A stretch of DNA of 64,000 bases from Epiperipatus broadwayi (lineage: Eukaryota > Animalia > Onychophora): the NCBI GenBank assembly GCA_028023455.1, contig JAQFVV010000005.1:8928001-8992000 (forward strand), written 5' to 3'. The stretch's first letter is position 1. Each line of letters opens with the position of its first letter. Shown here piece after piece: positions 52,721 through 64,000 of the stretch. Below the pieces are notes generated by a model, which saw only the letters and a list, made by a program, of their open reading frames with translations, made no database searches and had not been told where the DNA came from. The translations under genes and the position numbers were made by a program.

Positions 52721-54286
52721 TGGGTTTATTATTTTCTTTTATGTTTTGTTATGCTTATTTGTGTAGTTATAGTACATACACATATATAGCTACAAACAAT
52801 TACAATTAAAAACAATTGTGTGTTATTATATATATGTGTGTGTGTGTTGAAATACATACACATTTAAAGTATAAAAATAAGTATTATAAATCTAAGGAGA
52901 AAGTAAAATTAAAGTTTATTGAAACAGTAGATAAAAGAATTAGTTTTGTTAAATTATTAATTATAAATCCAGGAAACAACATTAATTAAATTATTAAAGA
53001 GATAACTGAATTTAATCAAAAAATAATCTAACCAATTAATTAGTGACAAAAAAGTTTTTACTAGTAAGCAGGTGCATCTACTGATAAATAATATTAGACA
53101 ATGCCAGCAGAATCTAAGTGTTTCAACTAATTAGAAGAGGAGTTCTAATAATAAAATTATAAGTAAAGTATTTAACTAGAGAAAAACTAAGTCACTTATT
53201 AGTGGAAGCTACATGTGTGCAGATGTACTTGCAACAACATGGTGCTGGGTGTCATCCTGTATTGGCTTAAATAGCTAATATTGTGGATGAGACTTGCCTT
53301 TGGATGTGCGAAAGCAGGTTTAGGGACACACTGACCTCTATTATTATTTCAGTATGTCTTCGAGATGTAAGTATTTATGCCTTACATAATTTGTTAATAT
53401 GTATATATTTATCATATATTATAACATAGCAAATGTACATTCACTTTTTCTTTTAAAATATATATGTTCTACAATAATATCAACAAATCAAAAATCCTTC
53501 TCCTTTTTCTTTTCAAAAACTTTATTTTTTTATATCAATACTGAACATATATATATATGTTTATATAATACAAAACTCCAACGTTTCAACTGTTTTTTAT
53601 CTCCATACAGTCATTTTTAAGGATCTGTAACAATAACGTGAAATACATATTTATAAATAAACTTCAGTTACATAAATACCTTCATTTGACATTAACATAA
53701 ACAGTAACAAACATATTAAACATATATAATTAAATTTTACTTACACCTCTCTCCCACTGCTATATTTTTACTCTTTCTTTTACATTATTTAATTAAAAAT
53801 CTGTCTTAAAATCATCCAAGAAACTTTTTATACAAATTTAAAAACCAATCCTAATTTCAAATAACCTCCCCTTTTTAAATCTTATCTAAAACTCACCTCA
53901 AAACTACATTCTTCAACTATAGCTTTAAATGGATATAAAACCAAAAAAAACATCTTTTTTTTTCTTTTCTTTTACATACAAAATTTTTTTAACAATTTAT
54001 CTTTAAAACTTTTAACAATTTACCTAAACCCATTAAACATTCACTTTAATTATACAATATTTTAGATTACTTATCCACTCCATTAATTCTATTAAGAGTA
54101 GGATTATATTTTTTTTATATAAAAATGTTCTTTTGCCATCCTTTCTCTGTAATTTTTAACCCTTTCCAACATTTTAATATCAAATTCTTTATGACCTAAA
54201 ACTTTAATTTTGTAAAGACTTTAAATGTTTTTTTAGAGGGAAATAAGTATAAAAATGTGTTTTTTGTTAAACTTGATATATGAAGT

Positions 54287-54721
54287 ATGTACATGAATAT
54301 TGTACCACATAAAGCATTTGATATAATATTAAATAGATATATTAAAGATAATAATAAGAGTATAAAAATGGAATGTAATCAATTGTATGATATGTTAAAT
54401 ATATGCTGTAAAGATGTGGTATTTAAATATAATGAGGTATATTATAAACAATGTAAAGGGTTGAGTATGGGGAATAGTATGAGTGGATTGTTAGCTGCTA
54501 TATTTATGGATAATTATGAAGATAAATATTTTTGTATTACAAAATATAAGCCTGTTTTTTGGGTTAGGTATGTTGATGATTATTTTTTAGTGTTCCATGG
54601 CAATTATAGAAAATCTGAATGTTTTTTAAGGTATGTTAATTCAATTGATGATGACATTAGTTTTACTATGGAAAAAGAGAAAAATAATGTAATTACTTAT
54701 ATGGATAAAACAAGTTATTAG
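54287..54721 (+). pseudogene. PLE reverse transcriptase fragment
   Basis: YYKQCKGLSMGNSMSGLLAAIFMD...WVRYVDDYF...ISFTMEKEKNNVITYMD. Confidence 0.92.
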
Positions 54722-54776
54722 AAATTGTAAGATTGCTATTGAAACAAGTGTATTCAGAAAAGAAACATTTTATGGT

Positions 54777-55482
54777 TTGTTAAGTAGTTGGGATTCAGAT
54801 ATTGAATATGAACATAAAGTTAATATTATTAATAATAGGATAAACAGAGTAATTAATTTATGGTTTGAAGAAAAATTATTTATAAAAGAAATTAGTAATA
54901 TAAAAGAGGAAGGTATAAAAAATAATTATCCAGTTAAAGTTATTGATAAATTATGTAATAAAAAAAATATTAAAAGAATAATAAAGAAGAGAAACAATGG
55001 GAAAGATGTAAATAATTTTATATATAATAGTTATAATGTTTCTAGAGATACTTTTATGAAGATTAAAAAGATTATAAAAAGTATAAATAATAAATACAAA
55101 GGGGAAAGTAGGTTAATTATTAAACCAGTATATAAAAAGAAATTGAATTTAGGAAATTTAATTAATGATACAAAAAATATAGAAACTGACAAAATGAATG
55201 GAATTTATTTAATTGAATGTTTAAATTGTAAGAGGGAGGGGGAAAAGATTTCATATATTGGTACAACAAAGAATACATTAAAAACTAGACTTAGACAACA
55301 TTTATATGACAAATATTTACATACATTGTAAAGTTTTAGGTCATAAAGAATTTAATATTAAAATGTTGGAAAGGGTTAAAAATTACAGAGAAAGGATGGT
55401 AAAAGAACATTTTTATATAAAAAAAAATATAATCCTACTACTCTTAATAGAATTAATGGAGTGGATAAGTAATCTAAAATAC
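54777..55482 (+). pseudogene. PLE thumb/linker and GIY-YIG endonuclease (frameshifted)
   Basis: GIYLIECLNC...SYIGTTKNTLKTRLRQH, continuing in other frames as LERVKNYRERMVKEHFYI..NPTTLNR. Confidence 0.88.
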
Positions 55483-55917
55483 TGTGTAATTAAAGTGAAT
55501 GTTTAATGGGTTTAGGTAAATTGTTAAAAGTTTTAAAGATAAATTGTTAAAAAAAATTTGTATGTAAAAGAAAAGAAAAAAAAAAGATGTTTTTTTTGTT
55601 TGTTTTATATTCATTTAAAGCTATAGTTGAAGAATGTAGTTTTGAGATAGGTTTTAGATAAGATTTAAGAAGGGGAGGTTATTTGAAATTAGGATTGGTT
55701 TTTAAATTTGTATAAAAAGTTTCTTGGATGATTTTAAGACAGATTTGTAATTAAATAATGTAAAAGAAAAAGTAAAAATATAGCAGTGGGAGAGAGGTGT
55801 AAGTAAAATTTAATTATATATATTTAATATGTTTGTTACTGTTTATGTTAATGTAAAATGAAGGTATTTATGTAATTGAAGTTTATTTATAAATATGTAT
55901 TTCATGTAATTGTTACA

Positions 55918-55968
55918 GATCCTTGAAAATGACTGTATGGAGATAAAAAACAGTTGAAACGTTGGAGT
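55918..55968 (+). ncRNA. Minimal type I hammerhead, U3-A8 variant (P3)
   Basis: atcc TTGAAAA T gactgt-atggagataaaaa-acagtt GAA ACGT T gga. The inverted copy at 53575-53625 has G5 changed to A. Confidence 0.65.
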
Positions 55969-57552
55969 TTTGTATTATATAAACATATATATATGTTTAG
56001 TATTGATATAAAAAAATGTTTTTGAAAAGAAAAAGAAGGATTTTTGATTTGTTGATATTATGTATATATTTGTAATTAATATTCTTATAATGGTTGTTTT
56101 ATTTAATCTATTTAACCATAATTCCAAATTGCTGCAGTATTATTATTTCAGTATGTCTTTGGGTATGTACGTATTTATGCTTTACGTAATTTGTTAATAT
56201 GTATACATATGTGTAGTTGCATATACAAGCACACACGTAATACCATTTTATTAGTCAGCACCAGCGTAAACCAAATTATACAGAATCTAGCACAGTACTT
56301 ATACCATGTTCTAATGTTACAGCATCACGCAGCTTGTAAATAGAGACAGTCAAGGTTTAGGTGCAACCTTTTTTTATTAAATAAATGTTTTTGCATTTCA
56401 TTTTGTGGATTTAAAATTCAATTTGCTCACATCCAATACAGAGTCCTGATCTACTTATAATTTATTTAAACGAACATTTTTGTCAAGTGTAACCAACATT
56501 GCCTGCTTGGTGGATTTGCACTTATTACTGTTAATTTCGACAAATACTTTTTTGGATTTTAATTTCTTTAGAAATTTTTATGCACTATTCTGCATACGTT
56601 CTATCGTTGTTAATTTTTTCCCAAGATTTGTTTTCTAAATTAGTTATATTATAAATGATATTTTCAAACATATTATTCGTTTTCAAATCATAGTGTGTTA
56701 TGAAAATATTCTAATTATATATATTTGTTGTCTGACTAAATATTTTACGCAATATTTATTAATGTAAACTATCCGTAAATTCAGATATTCGTAAATTAAG
56801 TATTATTTTTTTCCGCATTTGCTTTCTGGATTCATTTTATTTATCATTGATGTATTTATTTATTGAATAATTGATTTTATTTTATTTTTTATTAAATAAA
56901 TTATTTTTATTCAAAAATATATGATTTTTTTGATTTTATGTAGTATCCTGTAATTGTAAATAAAAAAAATAATGCGACGTTTTACTTCTTTTATCGATTA
57001 GTTTTTCTTAGGCACAATGTAAAATATGCCGTTCTATCAATCGTAATCGTTCGTCATCGAGCATACTTGCAAATGGCTGTTTTATATTGAAGTAAGTAAT
57101 ATACTTGAAATAAGAATTGAATTTTTGTTTAAAGAGTCTTTTATAAATTATTTTCAGTAAAACAGTTTTTATAGAAAGAAATTTTTTAAATTAAAAATTT
57201 GCGATCATCAACAATCATATGTCTACAGAGGAAATGAATCGAGAGAAAACTTTCCTCTGCTCTGCATCGTGGAATTTCGTAAGATAGAAAAGTTTAATCA
57301 ACATAAGCTTGATATGAGTAATTATCAAATTGCATTTTTTCTTTCAATTAATCATTTTGATTTTAGAGAAAGTTAATAAACGAAAACTTAACGTTAGACA
57401 AGAACTACTGGAAAGAAAGTGATGAAAATATTTATTTATCTGAGTTTATTTTAAAAAAAAATTAAAGTGACTAATCCTTTTCGTGTAGAACTTACAATCC
57501 CGTGAGTTTCTCTTGAATAAGATTATTTGGAATTTCATTAAAACTCAATAAT

Positions 57553-57615
57553 AAGCAGGCAAAAACTAACAGTTATGTGCTAGCATGAGATGGTGATCAT
57601 GTGATGTTTAGTGGT
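57553..57615. mobile_element. 63-bp miniature two-arm R2 insertion with 15-bp TSD
   Basis: TSD TTAAAACTCAATAAT at 57538-57552 and 57616-57630; empty site at 19276-19290. Confidence 0.85.
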
Positions 57616-57760
57616 TTAAAACTCAATAATGTTATTCGTTGTTCTTTGAAAATTATGATCGTTCTAAATGTTAGGAAATATACAGTATATGAAGAAAACA
57701 AAAAATACTTAATTGTAATTATTAATTAGAGAAAATATAACTTACTATTAAAAATTTTTC

Positions 57761-57801
57761 GGCTGAACGTTTTCGAGGAACCATGCCTCATACTCATAGC
57801 C
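57761..57801 (-). ncRNA. Minimal type I hammerhead, A3-U8 variant (P1)
   Basis: Exact inverted copy of 58302-58342. Confidence 0.78.
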
Positions 57802-57878
57802 TTCATGAAAAGTGTAATAAATATATGCAAATGTAAATATTCAACATAATATTCAGAACTCCACCCAATTCCAATAGG

Positions 57879-58247
57879 TTGATCAGTAACTCTAAAGACT
57901 ACATTGATCGATCGCTTACCCCACATGTGGTGTACTCTATTTCCTGCCCTCAAGCCGGATGCCACGCTACATATTATGGGGAAACGAAAGCCACAATTAA
58001 TACCAGATTGGCTCAACATCGTTATACATTCAACAGAGCTCAAACGAACAGCAACACATCCTCCGTATTTTTCGAACATAGTAAACAATCTGGGCACAAC
58101 TTCATACCTGCCAACCCCATTATTTTATGTTCAGAGCCAAATGATTACAGGAGAAAAATAAAGGAGGCATTCTATATTAATAGAGACATCCATGCCATTA
58201 ACAGAAAGGACACATGCTTCGAGATCTCGAAAAAATGGGCTACGTAA
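57879..58247 (+). pseudogene. PLE GIY-YIG endonuclease (5'-truncated, open frame)
   Basis: VVYSISCPQAGCHATYYGET...RLAQH...H..GHNF...RRKIKEAFYI...AINR. Confidence 0.9.
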
Positions 58248-58301
58248 CAGTAGCTTATTTGAATATTTACATTTGCATATATTTATTACACTTTTCATGA
58301 A

Positions 58302-58342
58302 GGCTATGAGTATGAGGCATGGTTCCTCGAAAACGTTCAGCC
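58302..58342 (+). ncRNA. Minimal type I hammerhead, A3-U8 variant (P1)
   Basis: ggct ATGAGTA T gagg-catggtt-cctc GAA AACGTT C agcc. Confidence 0.8.
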
Positions 58343-58982
58343 GAAAAATTTTTAATAGTAAGTTATATTTTCTCTAATTAATAATTACAATTAAGAATTT
58401 TTTGTTTTTACATATAAGGAGAAATTAAAACCATATTTAGTATATGAAGTTATTCGGGGGAGTAACCGTTTTCATGTTCCCATTGTTATAGAAGTTTTTC
58501 TTAATCAAAAAAAATGTTCTTATTCAAACTGGATGAAACTACAATATCTTTTATCTTGTTTGAGAATTTGTTACATAAAATATATTCGTTTATCTGTGAT
58601 TAATATTAGTGCAAAAAGTATTTTTGGATTGGGAAATTTGAGGGAGATATGTTTGTCAGAAAGTGATTTACAGGATGATAACGAATAGGTTCTGGGAAAG
58701 GAGTGTATGGAAATTAAATAGAGAGAATATATCGGGGTAATTGAATAATTAGGGAATGTGGAAATATAATAACTAGAAAAGATAGAGATATTGAGATTTT
58801 AGATATTGTTAGGAAAAACAAACAAAAATAATGGATTATTAATAGGCTAAATGGTGTTCCTGACAAGGATATTTATCCAACAATAAGATGGTTTAAAGAT
58901 GTGATTAAATGGTTAAAGGAAATAAATAGACAAATAGAAGTAGTTGGATTATTATCAAGATTTGCTAAGATAAACAATTTAT

Positions 58983-59619
58983 TAAAACAGGCAAAACTCA
59001 CTATATATATTGCCACACACAGCAAGCTAGAGTAATCAATGGATGCCAGAAGGCTTGTGCATAAAATCACCATCTAGTGCCTACTCATCCAATATCCCCA
59101 GACTAGTTTCTGGCTTATGGCCTTCATCAGTGAGGAGCCTTGGATCTGAGAGCACTGCATCTAGATCTTAGGATCTAATGCAACCCTCCAGCAACCACCT
59201 TTTATCTCCATTTAACTACAAAACTATGAGTCTTAAACTGAAAACACCTTAATGTTTTCAATCCAAGCCCATTAGCTTATATAGTCATATGGGTTTGAAC
59301 CCAGTTCAGTACCCATACATTTTGGTGTCTTTGGTTCTTTAATAACCATAGCCACCACTATCCTATTAGGCAGGATTGGTTTTAAGCCAATAAACATCAC
59401 ATGACAACCTCTTATGCTTGTGTATAACTGTTGTTAAAACAGGCAAAACTCACTATATATATTGCCACACACAGCAAGCTAGAGTAATCAACGGATGGCT
59501 GGCATCCATTGATCACTCTAACTTGCTGTGTGTGGCAATATATATATAGTGAGTTTTGTCTGTTTTAACAACAGTTATACATAAGCATAAGAGGAGGTTG
59601 TCATATGATGTTTATTGTT
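58983..59619. mobile_element. R2 insertion: 1.1 units plus a short inverted arm, 13-bp TSD
   Basis: The unit repeats at 58984 and 59436 (452 nt). TSD ATAAACAATTTAT at 58970-58982 and 59620-59632; empty site at about 22371-22385. Confidence 0.92.
59095..59136 (-). ncRNA. Type I hammerhead ribozyme (R2), intact core
   Basis: Reverse complement reads tcctca CTGATGA a-ggc-cataa-gcc-a GAA ACTAGT C tgggga. Stem I extends via atccaa/ttggat. Confidence 0.85.
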
Positions 59620-62600
59620 ATAAACAATTTATGTGGAAAACTGATGCTAATTTTTTTTTTAGATATATTTTGTTAGAAATAAAGACTTCGGAAAAAAGAA
59701 TAATTTATATTTGTTAGAGAGAAGGAAAATACTAGATGAAGTAAATTATAATAAATCTATGCATTAAATTAAAGAAGAGGAAATAAGTAATATAGATTTA
59801 TTTATATAATGTCAGAAATATAAAAGAAAAAGGTGACTTATTTATATAATGTCAGAAATATAAAAGAAAAAGGTGACTGTTTATGTTTACGAAGAGTTAA
59901 TGTAGATGGGATTGTGAATAGAGTGAAGAAGGATTGAAAATATTTTTTTACATCCTGATGACTGGAAATTGTGATAAGAAATAATATTTAAAAGAAGGCC
60001 TTTTAATATAAAGCTTGGGTTTCATAAAAACGCAAAGGAGTAAAGATTTGAATTTGTTGAAACAGTGATTTTTAGGGAAATAATTAGAATTGTTAATAGT
60101 AGTAGAGACATATTTGAGAGATGAAAAAATATTATATTTCAGAAGTCAGGGGATAAAAATATATGGATAAGAAAGGAGGAGTTATCAGTAAAGAGAATAT
60201 TTAAAAAAGAAAATTGTAAAGAACATATAAATTAGATGAAAATGAGTAAAAGTAAATAGTAGTTACTATAGTATAATTAGTTACCACAAATGTGAAGCAT
60301 GTAAAAGATTGGATTAAGAGCATTTGAGAATGTCTAATATGGATATAAATGAATTTAAGGGAATAATTTTAAAGTATTGATTATAAGCTTAATAAATAAT
60401 AATAATGAAGTTGATGGTGTGCAGAATTTGAATGGATCATTATTGAAAATAAATGTTGGAGTAAAATGAAACATAAACTGTAAGTTTAAGCAAAGTACAT
60501 GAGATGGAATTTGCATATTCGAGCCCAGATTTGAAGTATAGTAATGATCATAATGTTGTCTCAATAGAATTGAGATGTTTGAAATGTTAAATGAATAGGT
60601 ATAATAATATCTTGGAAAGAATTATGAAAGATATTTGAATTAATTGCTATAGTGAAAAAAACTGCAAGTAAATGTTTAACAATAAATAAAGGAGGAGAAA
60701 CAATTTAGAAAGGATATCATAAAGAATTTTATGTAGAGAATATAAAAATGGCTTTAAGAAAAGAGAAAAAGGAAAGATTAGAGTATGTAGCTACTTAAAA
60801 ATAAAAAATAGAACTATTGGAATTGAGACTGAAATGAAATCAATTTAATAATTATTAACTGAAGAAATTAAGAGTATATGAAGAAAAAAAATGAAAATTT
60901 TTGGAGATGTATGAAGAAGAAAAATGAAAAACAAAAGGTTTTATTATTAAATAGAGAAGAAAGGGAATGTGAAGATAGGCAATATCTTGAAACAAATAAT
61001 TACTGAATTTATAATAAAATTTTTGGATGAATGTGTGATAGAAAGTAAATATGATTTGAGAACATAAGTCATGAAAAAAATAATAATAGATATAGAATTG
61101 AGTAATAGATAGATAAAAAATGAAAAACAATAAGACAAAATGATAAGGTAGATATAATACTAATAAGCTTGAGAAAGTATATAAAGGTTGATTTAAAATA
61201 ATGTTTTATATTACATATAGGCCACTATTTTATATTTATGTTGAATGGAAATGTTCCAGGAAGTAATGAAATTATTATCAATGTCATAATAATGATGATA
61301 AAGAAATAAAATTAACAATATTTAAGTGACAGAAATAAAGGATTATTGAAGAAGAAAAAAAACTAGGGATATTTGAGAAAAGGTATCAGAAAATGATGAA
61401 GAAAACAAAATGTATATAGGTAACGTAAAAAGGTTTTAAAAAACAAATGGGAGAAGGTAAAAATTAAATGGGATAGTTATTTAAGGAAAAAACATAGTTA
61501 TGAAATTAAAACATATATCAAAGTTGATACAAAGATGCTACACAACATATTACTACAAATAATTCTTTAGCATTCTTTAATTTAGTTATGACAAAAAACA
61601 AATTTTGGGAATAATTATCTGTTGGGGATTCTTAGTTAATCACTACATTTATAGAAAAGTGATCAAAAGAATATATATAATCAATGCTCCAATGGTAAGG
61701 ATTTTAACTACAACTGAATTGCATCAATGCTCAAAATGTTATTAATCAAGAAAAATAAATATAAACATATCACTGATTTGTGACAATTCATTTCAATATT
61801 TTTGTCCATTAAATCAGAAATGTAATGTTTGAAAAAGGGTGTTAGAAATGAGAAATGTATTGGAACACATTTCATCAATTTAAACAGCGCATTCAAAGTT
61901 TGGATTGTGAATTTATCAACAAAAATCTAAAACTGGATGTATAGCTGATGCACTTATCTAACTTTTTTAATATTCATAAGCATTTAAAAGGTTTAGTTAT
62001 ATGTTTAAAATATATCAAACTTCACCCATCTGCTAAATAAGTATTTGTGAAAAATGTTCAAAAGAAAGATCAAAATTAAGAACCCATTCTTTTTTGCTCT
62101 TTTAGTTGATTAATTAAACATTTTCTATTTTAATACTATACTGTAAATTTTTTTTATGTGTATTAATATTTTATTTTATTTTTGACAATGTCTCATTTAG
62201 CTAACCAGTAAAAGTAAGCCAACTAAAAAAAATACTACTCCAATTTTATTATTTATACTGATTTAAATTTGATTGATCAAAAAATAAAATTATACCAACC
62301 AAACAAACAATGACAAAATGTTATTTAAAATATTGACATTTAATTGTAAATATTGATCAAAATATTTATATGTACTAAGTATTTATTTCATAAAATACTT
62401 AGCATTATTTAATAAAAATATTGACTAAGTAAATTACATTTTTGAGTGCAAAAAGAAGGGAATGTGAGAATAGAAAAAATGCATTAAATTTGTATGTAAT
62501 TAAAGTGAGTTACTATAAACCTCCAATGGGATATATATATAAAGTAATACAAATGTGACAATAAACAAAATAGTATGAAGTGAACCTATCTGCACTTTAG

Positions 62601-62699
62601 CTTAGATTATATTTAAGCATTTAATTCAGTAATGTGTTGCAACACAGAGCATGAATTCTATAAACACTATTTTAGAATGACCATAAGCTATTCTGAGAC

Positions 62700-63480
62700 C
62701 ACTATTGGAGGGAAAGGCTTTGCCTTGATTTAACAAGCTCTAAATATTAAATGAAACAATAGTTAAATATTACTAATGATAGCTCCAATATAGATGAAAT
62801 TGAAATTGAAGTTACTGTAAACCACTAACAAGGTATACTTAAACTACATGCCATCTTTACATAAAACGTTTTACAGAATGTTCTCTACGGAGTTTCATTT
62901 GAGCTTTCACACACCTTTTTCAACTAATAGGCTGATTAATAATACTAAAGACACCATAGCTCTTGATCAAACCCCACAGGCCATGTATGACGTTGCGTGC
63001 CCTTACAACGGATGTAAAGCCTCATACTATGGTAAAACCAGAGCCATCATAGCTACTAAGTTGGCGCAGCATAAGTATAGGTATAATAAGTTGCAGACCA
63101 ACCCAGAATGGAGTTCAATCTTCACACATCAAAAAATATCCAGATACGAGTTCGAACCAACCTTTGTAAAACTGGTGTGTAGTAAGAGGCATGATGTTAA
63201 ACGTAAAGTGAAGGAAGTGTACTTCATAACAGAAGATTCCTTCGCCATTAATCGCAAAGAATCATGTTTTGCTATATCCAAAAGATGGGCTGATTGACTC
63301 ATTTGCATAAAATTTGCATATTGTACATATATAATGATTTCAATGAGTGTCATAACAGGTTATGATTATGAGAAATATACTTTCTCGAAAGTGCTAAGCC
63401 TTTTTAATTTGTTAATTATCATTTATATAGCTTTACATTATATGTGTGTTAGCACAATCGTATTATTATAATTTTGACAA
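62700..63480 (+). mobile_element. P1 PLE 3' portion (linker, GIY-YIG and tail)
   Basis: ORF 62848-63297: YMPSLHKT..LSFHTP...MYDVACPYNGCKASYYGKT...KRKVKEVYFI..AINR. Confidence 0.88.
63357..63401 (+). ncRNA. Minimal type I hammerhead, A3-U8 variant (P1)
   Basis: aggtt ATGATTA T gagaaa-tatac-tttctc GAA AGTGCT A agcct. Confidence 0.78.
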
Positions 63481-63529
63481 GCATAAAATATAAATCTGTG
63501 ATTTATTACTTATAAATTCATAATTAAAT

Positions 63530-63870
63530 AAAAAAATATAGAATGAGCTCACCTGTTCTTTAGCTTGGATCATATTTAAGAATTCAATTTATTGGTTTGT
63601 TACAATGCAAAGTGTTAATATTTTCATTGAATTTGTAATAAAATTTTTGAATGAAAGATAATTGATAACTGGATATGGTTATTGGAATTTAACATGGATC
63701 GATATAATGTTACATGCAGAATTGTAAAGTGCATTAGGTAGATTTAAATGAGGAAAACAAAGAGTACTAATTGCTATGACAGCTGAAATAATAGATGTAG
63801 TGTAACTTAGTACCCTTGTCTATATACGTAAAAATAACTAAACAATTGTAATGCTAAAAGTATCTTGTTT
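63530..63870 (+). repeat. F4 dispersed repeat
   Basis: Homologous to 37110-37565 and 27440-27650. Confidence 0.7.
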
Positions 63871-64000
63871 GTTACCATATAATACTAAATTGTCCATGCA
63901 CTTTACTATTGTTACACAATGCTTTATTTACCACCCTTTTTTATAGTTTCGATTACCTTAGCAATCTTCTTCAGAACTTTATATCTCCTAGTCTCAACTG

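Larger units (their letters stand above)
53481..56062 (+). mobile_element. Penelope-like element P3: 5'-truncated RT plus GIY-YIG, with a ~730-bp inverted copy of its 3' end
   Basis: 53481-54205 is the reverse complement of 55328-56062; RT and endonuclease ORFs lie between the arms. Confidence 0.92.
57695..58438 (+). mobile_element. P1 PLE 3' fragment with near-perfect inverted tail and 11-bp TSD
   Basis: 57695-57844 is inverted relative to 58259-58410. TSD AGTATATGAAG at 57684-57694 and 58439-58449. Confidence 0.92.
58620..61400 (+). pseudogene. Degenerate LINE RT relic (paralog of 20600-24270)
   Basis: Collinear with 20640-24270. Contains an R2 insertion and a 40-bp tandem duplication at 59798-59877. 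Confidence 0.55.
56790..61830 (+). repeat. Old direct duplication, copy B (paralog of 18430-26720)
   Basis: See copy A. Each copy contains the empty sites for the other's insertions. Confidence 0.8.

Noticed and set aside
53280-53325. Hammerhead-like string GATGA...GCGAAAGC
   Set aside because: The core has G at position 4, and stems I and II do not form convincingly.
53341-56205. ~65-bp direct repeat (53341-53405 and 56140-56204) as a giant TSD of the P3 element
   Set aside because: It is separated from the arm ends by about 75 unrelated nt on each side and appears more diverged than the arms. More likely fragments of another repeat.
57726-58377. Twin ORFs ending ...FSRKIFNSKLYFL on opposite strands (57726-58097 -, 58192-58377 +)
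   Set aside because: An artefact of the P1 inverted tail; the real coding frame is 57879-58247.

Overview
This is very AT-rich, CpG-depleted eukaryotic DNA, probably from an invertebrate (species not identifiable from sequence), and it is almost all transposon debris. No clearly intact host gene is present. There is a C2H2 zinc-finger array whose 3' part is still open (42284-42907) and an older zinc-finger relic (about 9.5-10.5 kb). Decayed elements include two Ty3/Gypsy LTR retrotransposons, several LINE relics, and Merlin-, MULE-, hAT- and piggyBac-like DNA-transposon relics. An old direct duplication pairs about 18.4-26.7 kb with about 56.8-61.8 kb. The main signal is a set of Penelope-like elements (PLEs; families called P1-P3 here) and non-coding 330-460 nt tandem-repeat families (R1-R3). 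R1 and R2 carry type I hammerhead ribozymes and look like retrozymes. P1 hammerheads have a conserved A3-U8 core and P3 a U3-A8 core in place of the canonical C3-G8. P2 carries a tRNA-like A/B-box head just upstream of its hammerhead. Most of these insertions consist of two oppositely oriented arms with RNA 3' ends facing outward. Eight have exact 11-15 bp target-site duplications, and in most the two outer ends map to two family-specific sites about 25-55 nt apart, which suggests systematic twin priming. All alignments and folds were done by eye, nothing was computed or searched, and relic boundaries are approximate.
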